A stretch of DNA of 64,000 nucleotides from a virus. The DNA lies in IMG/VR virus record IMGVR_UViG_3300032313_000840, positions 1-64,000 of that record. One strand, given 5' to 3'. Under the pieces are notes generated by a model. It was not told the origin of the DNA. It did no database searches and saw nothing but the letters and a program-made list of their open reading frames with translations. Shown here piece after piece: positions 10,440-20,503 of this stretch; the stretch's first letter is position 1, and each line of letters starts with the position of its first letter. Both the position numbers and the translations under genes were made by a program.

Positions 10440-11422
10440 GCATATATATTGATAAGAAATATGTGAACATGGTTTCTGGAGCCCTTCAGAAGTTTAAGTG
10501 GAAGAAAGACAACCTAGCCACCTGCAGATGTTTCGCATGTGGTGACTCAAAGAAAAATAGATCCAAGACAAGGGGATATTTCTTTGAGAACAAGGGAAAA
10601 TATGTTTACAAATGTCACAATTGCGGTATTGCTTGTAATTTATATTCTGTTCTTGAAAGTGTCAGCCCATCTCTCTGCAAAGAGTATGCGTTTGAAAACT
10701 TCAAGGACAAAAATCCAGAGCCGATTGAACGAGAGAAAACAGTTGTGCGTCAACCTATGTTTACGAATCTCGGAACCCGGCTTGACTTGCTCGACCCAAC
10801 TCATAAGGCAGTAAAGTATGTTAAATCTAGAGAAATTCCTGAAGAAAAGTATTGCAATTTTTATTACTGCTCTGATTTCAGTCGGATCATGGCGGATTTT
10901 GACCGTGAAGGAACCAAGGAAGACAGACTCGTCATACCGTTCTATGACGAGGATGGGTCACTACTTGGCGTACAGGGGAGATCCTTTGAAGAAAAGAAAG
11001 ACTCCATTAGATACATCACGCTCAAAAAAGACGGCGAAGAACGGCTTTGGTACAACCTAGATAAAGTAGACCCTCGGGAAACTGTATATGTTACTGAGGG
11101 TCCGATTGACTCCATGTTCATTCCAAATGGAGTGGCGATGCAAGGTGCTGGTTGGCTTGATACGATGCCTGCAAAGATTGCAAAGTCAAAGATTGTGTTT
11201 GTGTTTGACAACGAGCCTAGAAACTTTGAAATTGTCAACCTGATTGGTAGATATATTGACGCCGGACGAAATGTAGTAATCTGGCCCGAAGAAATAGAAA
11301 AGAAAGATGTCAATGATATGGTAAAGGTCTATGGAACCAATTTGACCATAAAATTGATTATCAACAATGTTTATTCTGGACTAAAAGCCAAAATGAAGTA
11401 TACTTACTGGAAGAAGGTTTAA
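10436..11422 (+). CDS. 61: DNA primase (T4 gp61)
   Basis: Zn finger CFACGDS..CHNC; TOPRIM EGPIDS, DNEPRN, KDVND. Confidence 0.96.
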   Translation: MSIYIDKKYVNMVSGALQKFKWKKDNLATCRCFACGDSKKNRSKTRGYFFENKGKYVYKCHNCGIACNLYSVLESVSPSLCKEYAFENFKDKNPEPIEREKTVVRQPMFTNLGTRLDLLDPTHKAVKYVKSREIPEEKYCNFYYCSDFSRIMADFDREGTKEDRLVIPFYDEDGSLLGVQGRSFEEKKDSIRYITLKKDGEERLWYNLDKVDPRETVYVTEGPIDSMFIPNGVAMQGAGWLDTMPAKIAKSKIVFVFDNEPRNFEIVNLIGRYIDAGRNVVIWPEEIEKKDVNDMVKVYGTNLTIKLIINNVYSGLKAKMKYTYWKKV

Positions 11423-11423
11423 A

Positions 11424-11651
11424 ATGGATGATAATGAAGACATGACAGAAGAAGATATCTTAAAGGCCAGTGAAGCCTATCTTACTTTTGTGCAGCGATT
11501 TGGTGAATACGTAAAAGAGATGGACCCAGGTCTGTGGTCCCGAGCACGAGAATACGCTGCGGACTTTACAAAGATTGATGGTGTGAGAGTTGAACTTGTA
11601 GATGAGGATGAAGATGACACAGATTCAGAACATAAAAATGGAGCAGACTAA
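11424..11651 (+). CDS. hypothetical acidic protein
   Basis: ORF between primase and thyX. Confidence 0.6.
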   Translation: MDDNEDMTEEDILKASEAYLTFVQRFGEYVKEMDPGLWSRAREYAADFTKIDGVRVELVDEDEDDTDSEHKNGAD

Positions 11652-12324
11652 GTACTTTGTCCTAGATCACGGACATGTTGATCTAGTGGACTATATGGGT
11701 TCTGATCTGAGTGTTGCAAATGCAGCCAGAGTTTCTTTCAATAAAGAAAGTTATATGGCAGATGACGGTTCTCTCTTAGAGAGAGACGCAAAGCTTATTC
11801 GCTATCTTGCAAAGCACAATCACTTCACTCCATTCTGTCATGCACAGATTAGTTTGCGCATCAAGTGCCCAATCTTTGTTCGTGCACAACTTGGCAAGCA
11901 TCAGATTGGTCTTGTGATGAATGAGGTCAGCCGTAGGTACGTCACCTATGAGCCCGAGATCTATACTCCACTGTGGAGAAGTTCTCCTACTGATGGAGCA
12001 AAGCAAGGCAGCAGTGGTCCAATTGAAGATATGGATACATGCATCAAACTTCGTCAGGAGTATGATGGTGTTGCAAAGGAATGTTTGGATCTTTACAATA
12101 AACTTTTGGCCGATGGTGTTGCACCTGAACAGGCGCGTTCAATATTGCCACAAGGAACTTATACGGAATTTGTGTGGACTGGTTCTCTCTATGCATTTGC
12201 CCGCGTTTATAACTTGAGAATCGATGCACATGCTCAATGGGAAATTCAGGAATATGCAAAAGCAATTGACAAATTAATTGCTCCTCTTTTCCCGGTTTCG
12301 TGGCAGACATTAACGTCTAGATAA
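11638..12324 (+). CDS. thyX: FAD-dependent thymidylate synthase ThyX
   Basis: AARVSF, HFTPF, KHQ..NEVSRRY, APEQARSILP, AQWEIQEYA. Confidence 0.95.
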   Translation: MEQTKYFVLDHGHVDLVDYMGSDLSVANAARVSFNKESYMADDGSLLERDAKLIRYLAKHNHFTPFCHAQISLRIKCPIFVRAQLGKHQIGLVMNEVSRRYVTYEPEIYTPLWRSSPTDGAKQGSSGPIEDMDTCIKLRQEYDGVAKECLDLYNKLLADGVAPEQARSILPQGTYTEFVWTGSLYAFARVYNLRIDAHAQWEIQEYAKAIDKLIAPLFPVSWQTLTSR

Positions 12325-12329
12325 TCTAT

Positions 12330-13223
12330 ATGTCTATTATTTTTACAGGCGGTAGTGGGTTTTTAGGTAAAACATTTAAAGACTACAATTTTACTGCAAA
12401 TTATTTGAGTTCGAAAGATATTGATCTTAAAGATCAAAAATCTACATTTGAATATTTATTTGCACAAAAGCCAAATTGTATAATTCATGCAGCAAATAAA
12501 GTTGGTGGTATTTTAAAAAATAGCCAATGTATGTATGAATTTTATCATGATAATCTATTAATGAATACAAATGTAATTGATTATTGTGTAAAAACGAATA
12601 CAAAATTAGTTTTAATGAGTAGTACTTGTGTTTATCCTAAAAATGCAAGCAGCTATCCAATGACAGAAAATATGCTTCATAATGGATTGGCAGAAGAAAC
12701 AAATTTAGGATATGCTTTTTCTAAAAGAGCCGCAGATATTCAACTATGGTCTGCCAATAAACAATATGGATATAGCAACTATACTATATTTTATTTGAGC
12801 AATCTTTATGGAAAGCATGATCATTATTTTTCTAAAGATTCTCATTTTGTTTCATCATTCATAAGTAAAATACTTTCTTCAGAAAATAATACAATTGAAA
12901 TGTATGGAACTGGTGCCCCATTAAGACAATTTACATATTCAGATGATATTGTAAAAATAACAAAATATTTTATTGAAAATAATATATTGGGATCATTTAA
13001 TATTTCAACTCCAGAAAATTTGTCTATTCGCACCATGGCAGAAATCATTTTGGATAAATTTAATATTAAAAAAGAATTGTCATTTAATGGTACATTGGAT
13101 GGAGTTTTTAGAAAAGACGTTTCATCTGAAAAATTGTTGACTATGATGCCAAATTTTCAATTTACAAAATTCAGTGAAGGTATAGAAAAATTAGCAAAGG
13201 ATATTACATGTTTTGGAATTTGA
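12330..13223 (+). CDS. GDP-sugar epimerase/reductase, Fcl/WcaG/ColC-like (extended SDR)
   Basis: TGGSGFLG Rossmann motif, HAANKVGG, SSTCVYP, YxxxK (YAFSK), NLYG, SH; AT-rich. Confidence 0.85.
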   Translation: MSIIFTGGSGFLGKTFKDYNFTANYLSSKDIDLKDQKSTFEYLFAQKPNCIIHAANKVGGILKNSQCMYEFYHDNLLMNTNVIDYCVKTNTKLVLMSSTCVYPKNASSYPMTENMLHNGLAEETNLGYAFSKRAADIQLWSANKQYGYSNYTIFYLSNLYGKHDHYFSKDSHFVSSFISKILSSENNTIEMYGTGAPLRQFTYSDDIVKITKYFIENNILGSFNISTPENLSIRTMAEIILDKFNIKKELSFNGTLDGVFRKDVSSEKLLTMMPNFQFTKFSEGIEKLAKDITCFGI

Positions 13224-14341
13224 TGCCCAAAGAAAATATAAGTGAATATGAACGTAAAGAGTTGTCTAATTTCATTTTGAATACAGACAAATATACTCAA
13301 GGCCATTATGTAAAACAATTTGAACAGGAATGGTCAAATTGGCAAGAATGCAAGTATTCTGTATTTGTAAACTCAGGTTCTTCTGCTAATTTGATGTTAG
13401 TAAAATCTTTGTATGATTTATATGGTCCTGGTGGTATGATTTGCCAAGCATGTACTTGGCCAACAAATATCAATCCAGCAATGCAATTAAAGGAAAGTAC
13501 TTTTTTACAACTTTGTGACAATAATTTAAACAACTTTGGTTTTGATATTGAACAGTTAAAAAATTATATTGTTTCTTTGAAACCAGATTACTTGTTTTTA
13601 ACTCATATTCTTGGATTTAATGGTGCTACCGAGGAACTTATTGCTCTATGCCAAGAAAACAATATCAAAATTATAGAAGATTGCTGTGAATCTCACGGTG
13701 CATTGTTCAATGGTAATAAAGTAGGAAATATTGGTTTGGCCGGAACTTTCTCGTTCTATTATGGTCATCATATAACGACTATTGAAGGTGGTATCATTTC
13801 AACAAATAATGAAGAATTGTATCATCAACTACTTTTGAATCGATCTCATGGATTTTTAAGAGAACATCCAAATAAGGAAGCGATAGAAACTTCATGCGAC
13901 CGTAGATTTACATTTTTGACAGATGGATTTAATTTTAGAAATACAGAAATAAATGCATATCTTGGTATAATGCAATTAAAAAAATTGGATAATAATATAA
14001 AGGTTAGAAATAGTAATTATAACTATTATATTTCAAAATTGGACCCATCAAAATATGAGACTAATTTTAATTCAAATGGAATAAGTTCATTTGCAATGCC
14101 CATTATATCAAAAAAGAATAATATTAAAGACTTGTCATCCAAATTAACTGATGCAGGTATAGAAAACAGACCATTTATTGCCGGAAATCTATTTAAACAA
14201 CCATATATGAAAAAAGTAAATATGTACAATAGTTTTCCAAATGCAGACTATCTGCATAATAATGGATTATATGTTGGCAATAACCAATTTGTAGAGTATA
14301 CTATGATTGATAAATTGTTATATATTCTTAATAATGAATAA
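13208..14341 (+). CDS. DegT/DnrJ-family PLP enzyme, ColD-like GDP-4-keto-6-deoxymannose 3-dehydratase
   Basis: VNSGSSANL, EDCCESHGA, GTFSFYYGHHITTIEGG (His where aminotransferases have the Schiff-base Lys). Confidence 0.8.
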   Translation: MFWNLMPKENISEYERKELSNFILNTDKYTQGHYVKQFEQEWSNWQECKYSVFVNSGSSANLMLVKSLYDLYGPGGMICQACTWPTNINPAMQLKESTFLQLCDNNLNNFGFDIEQLKNYIVSLKPDYLFLTHILGFNGATEELIALCQENNIKIIEDCCESHGALFNGNKVGNIGLAGTFSFYYGHHITTIEGGIISTNNEELYHQLLLNRSHGFLREHPNKEAIETSCDRRFTFLTDGFNFRNTEINAYLGIMQLKKLDNNIKVRNSNYNYYISKLDPSKYETNFNSNGISSFAMPIISKKNNIKDLSSKLTDAGIENRPFIAGNLFKQPYMKKVNMYNSFPNADYLHNNGLYVGNNQFVEYTMIDKLLYILNNE

Positions 14342-14536
14342 AAGTAAAAAATTAAAATATTTGGTACTATATGATTTTTATAGAAAACCATATTTTATAA
14401 CAGTTTACAATAAAAAAGAATTAAAATATGTTAAAAGTATTTTAAAAGACGGAGAAGTATACAAAATTTTAAATACAACACCATTTATAGGATGGTGAAT
14501 TAATATAAATAAGAAACACTTACTTAGGATTTAACT

Positions 14537-16426
14537 ATGGCAGAAATTTTATCACCATTTCAATCGTTTATTTTCATCTCTCGCTACTCTCGCTGGCTCA
14601 ACGACCAAAATCGTCGTGAGACTTGGGATGAATGTGTAGACCGTTGGTGGAAGTATTTTACTGGTAAGGTTCCACAACTTGCTGAACGTCCAGATGTAAA
14701 GGAAGCAATTCTCAATCTAGAAGTTCTTCCTTCCATGCGCAGCCTCATGACTGCTGGTCCTGCACTGGACCATGACAATACTTGCTTGTACAATTGTTCT
14801 TATCTACCTATTGATTCCATTGATTCATTTGCAGAACTGTTTGTTGTTTTGATGAATGGAACTGGAGTTGGTTATTCTGTTGAACGTCAATACACAGATA
14901 AGCTTCCAACCGTATCAAACAAGATTGTAAAAGATTTTGATAATGTAATTGTAGTCGAAGACTCAAAGGAAGGTTGGGGAAATGCAATCAAGACCATTTT
15001 TGCAAACCTTTATGAAGGCAAGCATCCTAAGTGGGATCTTTCAAAGATTAGACCTGCTGGTGCACGACTTAAGACTTTTGGTGGTCGTGCTAGTGGGCCT
15101 GCTCCTCTAGACAATCTATTCAAGTTTGTCGTGAAGATTTTTTACAACGCACAAGGACGCAGACTGACTGCTCTTGAATGCCACGATGTTTGCTGTGCTA
15201 TTGCGAATGCAGTTATCGTTGGTGGGGTTCGTCGTTCTGCCATGATCTCGTTGAGTGATCTTGCTGATCGTGAGATGGCACTCTGCAAGAGCGGTGCATG
15301 GTGGGAGCAGGCTGGCTTCCGTTCATATGCCAACAACTCTGCTGTGTATCGTGGGCGTCCTCCAATGGGTCAATTCCTTGAAGAGTGGACCTCGCTATAC
15401 AATAGCCACAGTGGTGAGCGTGGAATGATCAATCGTAAGGCACTACAGGAACAGGCTGCAAAGTCTGGCCGTGATCCAGACTGCGAGTATGGCACCAACC
15501 CATGCTCAGAGATCATTCTTAAGCCATTTGAATTCTGCAATCTTTCTACAGTCGTAGTTCGTCAAGACGATACTGCAGCAACACTGAAGAAGAAGATTGA
15601 GATCGCTACAATCATTGGTACTGTTCAATCTACCTTTACCAACTTCCCATACCTTCGTCCAGAGTGGAAGAAGAACTGTGAAGAGGAAAGACTGCTTGGC
15701 GTATCTATGACAGGTATTTTTGACAACAAGCTTACCAGTGGTTTGGAAGGCAAACCAAAGCTTGTTCGTCTTCTTGAGACTCTTCGTGATCATGCGACTG
15801 CGACGAATCTCAAGTGGGCAGAGAAGTTGGGAATCAATCCTAGCAAGTCAGTTACTTGCGTGAAGCCTGAAGGCACTACATCGTGTTTGGTGGACTCTGC
15901 CTCGGGTCTGCATCCTCGCTATGCGGATTATTATTACCGCAGAATTCGTCTGGACAAGAAAGATCCTCTGTACAATTTAATGAAGGATCAAGGCGTCCCG
16001 TGCGAGGATGATGTCATCAACCCAACTTCTACTGCCGTCTTTACGTTTGCGATGAAGGCTCCAAAGGGAACCATGACCACTGAGGAACTTCGCGCACTTG
16101 ACCATCTTGATTTGTGGAAAACTTATCAAGAGCACTTCTGCCATCACAAGCCATCAATCACCGTCAACTACAAGGACTCTGAATTCCTTGAAGTCGGCAA
16201 CTGGCTTTGGGAAAACTTTGATGTCGCAACAGGCATCTCGTTCCTTCCCGGTGGTGACAGTCATACCTATGCTCAGGCACCCTTTGAGCAGATTGATTCT
16301 GCAACCTATTCAGCACATCCTAAAGTTAAAGTTAACTTTAAAGATCTGTCTAAATACGAGGCAGAAGACAATACTGAATCCGCAAAGGAATATGCTTGTA
16401 GTGCAGGCGGATGTCAGATAGTGTAA
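14537..16426 (+). CDS. nrdJ: class II (adenosylcobalamin-dependent) ribonucleotide reductase
   Basis: PSMR, YNCSY, GTGVG, GGVRRSA, TNPCSEI, FCNL, KPEGT, C-terminal CSAGGC; no nrdB nearby. Confidence 0.93.
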   Translation: MAEILSPFQSFIFISRYSRWLNDQNRRETWDECVDRWWKYFTGKVPQLAERPDVKEAILNLEVLPSMRSLMTAGPALDHDNTCLYNCSYLPIDSIDSFAELFVVLMNGTGVGYSVERQYTDKLPTVSNKIVKDFDNVIVVEDSKEGWGNAIKTIFANLYEGKHPKWDLSKIRPAGARLKTFGGRASGPAPLDNLFKFVVKIFYNAQGRRLTALECHDVCCAIANAVIVGGVRRSAMISLSDLADREMALCKSGAWWEQAGFRSYANNSAVYRGRPPMGQFLEEWTSLYNSHSGERGMINRKALQEQAAKSGRDPDCEYGTNPCSEIILKPFEFCNLSTVVVRQDDTAATLKKKIEIATIIGTVQSTFTNFPYLRPEWKKNCEEERLLGVSMTGIFDNKLTSGLEGKPKLVRLLETLRDHATATNLKWAEKLGINPSKSVTCVKPEGTTSCLVDSASGLHPRYADYYYRRIRLDKKDPLYNLMKDQGVPCEDDVINPTSTAVFTFAMKAPKGTMTTEELRALDHLDLWKTYQEHFCHHKPSITVNYKDSEFLEVGNWLWENFDVATGISFLPGGDSHTYAQAPFEQIDSATYSAHPKVKVNFKDLSKYEAEDNTESAKEYACSAGGCQIV

Positions 16427-16433
16427 TTCACTT

Positions 16434-16507
16434 TCCTCGGTAGCTCAGTGGTAGAAGCATTCGCCTGTTAAGCGAAATGTCGCTGGTTCGATCCCAGCCC
16501 GAGGAGC
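16434..16507 (+). tRNA. tRNA-Asn(GUU)
   Basis: Acceptor TCCTCGG/CCGAGGA; anticodon arm TTCGC-CT GTT AA-GCGAA; T-loop TTCGAT. Confidence 0.95.
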
Positions 16508-16515
16508 ATAAAATA

Positions 16516-16546
16516 AAAAATTCCACCCCACAAGGGTGGAATTTTT
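16516..16546 (+). terminator. intrinsic (bidirectional) terminator
   Basis: AAAAATTCCACCC-CACAA-GGGTGGAATTTTT hairpin. Confidence 0.75.
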
Positions 16547-16560
16547 ACATAAATATTTTA

Positions 16561-16647
16561 GGCAGAGGTGGTGGGTATTCCACGCAGTCCTTTTGGAATG
16601 GTCGAAGTATATTTCATCAGACTGCTAAAGAACCACCACTTCTGACC
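16561..16647 (+). ncRNA. candidate late-transcribed pseudoknotted ncRNA
   Basis: ATAAATA at 16549-16555; long terminal stem; inner hairpin whose loop GCAGTC is complementary to GACTGC. Confidence 0.55.
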
Positions 16648-16671
16648 AAGGTATAAATATATATGTTCCAT

Positions 16672-17211
16672 ATGTTAATCGGCATTGATTACTCTATAAC
16701 CTGCCCCTGTCTTTGTCTTTATGATGAACGTAGGGAATTTAAATTTGAAAATTGTTTCTTTTATTATTTGACCAATACAAAGAAATATGCTGATAAAATT
16801 GCCCCAAATATTACCGGGGAATCTTTTCAGGAATATCATATTGATGTGGACAGATTTGACAGTATATCTGACTGGGCCATCAATCTTTGTATTGGGGCCT
16901 CAGAGGTTGCCGTAGAAGGCTATTCTTTTGGCTCTAAAGGCCGTGTATTCAATTTGGCAGAGAACATGGGGATTCTGAAGCACAAGCTGTACAAACAGGC
17001 TATACCGGTCACCATAGTCGAACCTTCCAAAGTTAAAAAATGTGCCACTGGGAAGGGAAATTCAGACAAACTTGCAATGTACGAAGCCTTCAAAAATGAA
17101 ACAAAGACCGATCTATTGACGGTCTTTGGTCAAAAAACTTTGAGTAATCCTGTTACAGATGTTATTGACAGTTTTTATATTTTAAAATCTTTGGTCAATA
17201 ACAAAAATTAA
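16672..17211 (+). CDS. RuvC-like Holliday junction resolvase/RNase H-fold nuclease
   Basis: IGIDYS, VAVEGYSFGS, PSKVKKCATGKGNSDK, DVIDS. Confidence 0.85.
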   Translation: MLIGIDYSITCPCLCLYDERREFKFENCFFYYLTNTKKYADKIAPNITGESFQEYHIDVDRFDSISDWAINLCIGASEVAVEGYSFGSKGRVFNLAENMGILKHKLYKQAIPVTIVEPSKVKKCATGKGNSDKLAMYEAFKNETKTDLLTVFGQKTLSNPVTDVIDSFYILKSLVNNKN

Positions 17212-17510
17212 TATGCTCGGCCATTTCTAAAATCTGAAGATCTATCCAATCTTTCATGGAATCTCTTTGGAACTTGGCCACTTGTTTTGATTCTATCAAT
17301 AACTTCTTTCCATGCACTGCCATTTACTTTGGCCGGTGACATTGTAGAATCGAATTGTATTGCATTTGCCTGTACAGACCAGTTCTTTTGAATTTTCTTC
17401 TTCTTGCATTTGGGGCATGGCTTCTTCATAGGAAGATCATGGTCTTTCATCAAATGAGTTTCTTCAAAAGTATGATCACAGTTTTCACAAATGTAAGAAT
17501 AATTAGGCAT
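17208..17510 (-). CDS. FmdB-family zinc-ribbon protein
   Basis: MPNYSYICENC..PCPKC. Confidence 0.8.
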   Translation of the reverse strand: MPNYSYICENCDHTFEETHLMKDHDLPMKKPCPKCKKKKIQKNWSVQANAIQFDSTMSPAKVNGSAWKEVIDRIKTSGQVPKRFHERLDRSSDFRNGRAY

Positions 17511-18000
17511 ATTTGTCTCTCTTAAAACTAATTAGCATGTGTTCAAAAAGGAATCCATAACTTGGTTCCTTTGGTTTATTTCTTAAAGGCATTTTTGCAT
17601 CTTTTGGATTTCGATTGCCTTTTTTTAGATTACAATCTTTGCATGCTGCTACCATGTTAGTCCATGTAGAGCCACCACCTTTTGAGCGGGGAGTCACATG
17701 GTCAATCGTTGCAGTCTTATCACAAAGTTCAATACCACAATATTGGCAGCAATAACTGTCTCTTCTCAAAATATTTTTACGAGATGCTGCCGCCTTCTTA
17801 TATGGCAACTTGACATAATATTTTAAAATTAAAACTTTAGGAATCTTGACAATCTTTGAAACAGATACAACTTCATAGCATTCGGCTGAAGTTTCATCTC
17901 CGTACACTTTGTCACGACTTAATAGTTTAAAAGCTTTACCAATAGTGATAATATTGAGTGGGCTATTATCTTGGTTTAACAGGAGTACCTGTTTCTTCAT
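17503..18000 (-). CDS. HNH endonuclease (McrA-like)
   Basis: VLLLNQD, RDSYCCQYCG, TIDHVTPRSKGG, NMVAACKDCNLKKG; probable start MKKQ at 18000. Confidence 0.92.
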   Translation of the reverse strand: MKKQVLLLNQDNSPLNIITIGKAFKLLSRDKVYGDETSAECYEVVSVSKIVKIPKVLILKYYVKLPYKKAAASRKNILRRDSYCCQYCGIELCDKTATIDHVTPRSKGGGSTWTNMVAACKDCNLKKGNRNPKDAKMPLRNKPKEPSYGFLFEHMLISFKRDKYA

Positions 18001-18040
18001 ACCTTTTAAGTATTTATGTAAATCTAAATATTTCATAGCC

Positions 18041-19441
18041 ATGGATAACATCAAAGATAGACAATTTTATTGGGAAGTCAAGCAATTCTTCAACGGAAAG
18101 CCTGAAAACAATGTTCCTGCACAACCAAAGCCTTCTTTGAAGGATGCAGTATCTGGAGTGTTAAAAGAAAACAATCCATATAAGCAAACAAACTTTAGCA
18201 ACAACCAAACTTCTGTGAATGCTGCTCAGAATGCCATGAAGAATCTTGGTGCTATGGATGCAGCAAACAAGCCATCATGTGTTGCATATACAAAGAATGC
18301 AATCAAGAATCCATTCAATTTAAATGAAGGATTTTGGGATGCTCCATCTATGGCTGCTCCAGGGGCATTAGAAGTTGAAGATAGAAGAAGACAAGCAAGA
18401 GCAAACAGCACACAACAAAATTTTGGTTCTCCCACTGCTCCTAAAACCGCCGGACAACAACAATTAGAAAGAGACGCAGCATCTGGTAAACCAGGAACAC
18501 AAAGGCAAGCATATTATTCCAGTGCTCCTCTTGTACAAGATTCAATTGACAAATACAAAGAACAAAATACAGCACAACAGCCAGTAAATACTGATAATAG
18601 ATCATTCTTTAAAAAAGCAGCAGATCAGGCTAACAATCCAGAAAAATATGATTTAGGTGTTGTCGGTAAATTATCAGCAAATGTAGCAAATTTTGTAGGT
18701 GGTTTAGCTGGCCAAAATATTAAAGCAAGAGAATCTACAGGCACGGCAAGTACAGATAAATCAGGTAATACTGTATTTAATCCAACACCAGTTCAAACAC
18801 AAACATCTAAGACTGCTTCTACAACAACACCAGTTCAAGGCCAGTCTCAGGCACCAGATGCTCAAACTAAAGTACCAGTTCAGGGTCAACTACAATCTGT
18901 TCCTGCGAAGAATCAACCTACTGCAACCAGCACAACCCCATATACGCGCCAATATGTATCAAGTGAACCTGAGGGACAGCCAAAGCGTGGTCCCGGTGGT
19001 GGAATAATTGCACCTCCAGTTTCTCTGGACGATAGAAAAGCAAGTGATATGCCCGGTGCTTATCAAGATAAACGTCTGCAGGTAATGCTCGATCTTCCTC
19101 CAATTAAAAATGATATTCGTCTTCCCAATATGAAAGGTGGACCATCTTTAGCACAAAGAACACAGCCAATGGTGAGTGCGGGCCAATATAGAGGAAGCTC
19201 AAATATGGGTATGGCTACCAGACCAAATCGCCCAGAAGCAATGACTCTTCAATCTGCCATGGCTCAACAAAATCAACAAGCCACCAGAAATACATTGGGA
19301 CAAATGGGCGCGGTTCAAGGAACTGCTAATTCTTCAACTGGCTTCCAAGGTTCTGTATTACCTCCTGCTGGTCAACTTACTAGCATGGGAACCCAAAAGG
19401 AAAATGAGTTTAAATACTCCAGAGGATCGCGTTTAGCCTGA
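18041..19441 (+). CDS. low-complexity late protein, probable capsid-internal protein
   Basis: TAAATA upstream of ATG 18041; Q/T/P/S-rich; FNLNE putative protease site. Confidence 0.6.
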   Translation: MDNIKDRQFYWEVKQFFNGKPENNVPAQPKPSLKDAVSGVLKENNPYKQTNFSNNQTSVNAAQNAMKNLGAMDAANKPSCVAYTKNAIKNPFNLNEGFWDAPSMAAPGALEVEDRRRQARANSTQQNFGSPTAPKTAGQQQLERDAASGKPGTQRQAYYSSAPLVQDSIDKYKEQNTAQQPVNTDNRSFFKKAADQANNPEKYDLGVVGKLSANVANFVGGLAGQNIKARESTGTASTDKSGNTVFNPTPVQTQTSKTASTTTPVQGQSQAPDAQTKVPVQGQLQSVPAKNQPTATSTTPYTRQYVSSEPEGQPKRGPGGGIIAPPVSLDDRKASDMPGAYQDKRLQVMLDLPPIKNDIRLPNMKGGPSLAQRTQPMVSAGQYRGSSNMGMATRPNRPEAMTLQSAMAQQNQQATRNTLGQMGAVQGTANSSTGFQGSVLPPAGQLTSMGTQKENEFKYSRGSRLA

Positions 19442-19451
19442 GGAAATTATT

Positions 19452-19814
19452 ATGCTAAGAAACATACTAATAGAAAAAATTCTCTGCGAACGTTATCAAA
19501 CTAAAACAGAAAAAGATTGTGGTTGTAAAAAATTAATTGAAGAAGCAGAAGCTACTACATCTGATGATGTTACTAATCAAATTATTTCATGGGTTGCGAA
19601 AGGATTAATTGGTGCACAAGCAGCTGGTCAGCTAATATCAGATGTAAGCAAACTTTTGAAACCATATAATCCACCAGAATCCAGCGATAGATATTCACCG
19701 ACAGACACCCCGAGTGTACGTTTGATTCAATCAGATCCCGGTCTAAAAACTCCAAGAAAGTCAAAAATCAAGGAATTTGGTCAAGCATCTGGACAAGTTA
19801 TTTCCCCTTCATAA
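19452..19814 (+). CDS. hypothetical protein
   Basis: GAGGA SD; ILIE/LIEE motifs. Confidence 0.55.
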   Translation: MLRNILIEKILCERYQTKTEKDCGCKKLIEEAEATTSDDVTNQIISWVAKGLIGAQAAGQLISDVSKLLKPYNPPESSDRYSPTDTPSVRLIQSDPGLKTPRKSKIKEFGQASGQVISPS

Positions 19815-19834
19815 TATCTGTGATATAATATAAT

Positions 19835-20503
19835 ATGACTGTGAATTTATCTAAACAATTTAAACATAATTTAATAGAATCTAATGTTACCTTATCTGAA
19901 GTACAGAAAGAAGGTAAGAGATTTTATAGCACTCCAGATGGTGAGTTTCCAAGCGTAACGACTGTTGTTGGCTACGGCAAGCAACAGTTTTTTGCTGAGT
20001 GGAGACGAAAGAATCCTGAAGAAAGCCGTAGAGTAACATCACGTGGAACAAAGTTTCATAGTATTATAGAAACTTATATTCGTAATGAGCCTTTAGACAT
20101 GGAAAATATGTTTCCAAACTTCAAGGCTCTTTTTAATTTAATAAAACCTGCTCTTGACAATATAGACAACATAGCAGCAATAGAAACTCCACTATGGTCA
20201 AAAATTCTTGGTCTGGCAGGAAGAACAGATTGCATTGCTGAATACAACGGCAAACTTTCTATTATTGACTTTAAGGCGAGCACTAAAGAAAAACGTAAGC
20301 AAGATATTGAAAATTATTTTCTACAGGCAACAGCCTATGCTTTAATGTATCAAGAGAGAACTGGTGTTATAATACAAAATTTTGTGATACTGATTGCATG
20401 TGAAGATGGGCTATTCCAAGTATTTGAAGACAATCCCATCAAGTATGTAAAGAAGTTAAAAAAGGCAATCAACCATTATAGGAAAGAAAATGGAATACAT
20501 TAA
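19835..20503 (+). CDS. PD-(D/E)XK exonuclease (Cas4/RecB-like phage exonuclease)
   Basis: PSVTT, RGTKFH, AGRTD, IIDFK, QATAYA. Confidence 0.9.
   Translation: MTVNLSKQFKHNLIESNVTLSEVQKEGKRFYSTPDGEFPSVTTVVGYGKQQFFAEWRRKNPEESRRVTSRGTKFHSIIETYIRNEPLDMENMFPNFKALFNLIKPALDNIDNIAAIETPLWSKILGLAGRTDCIAEYNGKLSIIDFKASTKEKRKQDIENYFLQATAYALMYQERTGVIIQNFVILIACEDGLFQVFEDNPIKYVKKLKKAINHYRKENGIH

Noticed and set aside
4292-16426. Introns or inteins in polymerase, helicase or nrdJ; stop-codon recoding
   Set aside because: ORFs are continuous and of normal length under the standard code; no suppressor tRNA seen
16561-16647. Hammerhead ribozyme on the minus strand (CTGATGA present)
   Set aside because: No GAAA core after stem II; the promoter indicates plus-strand transcription
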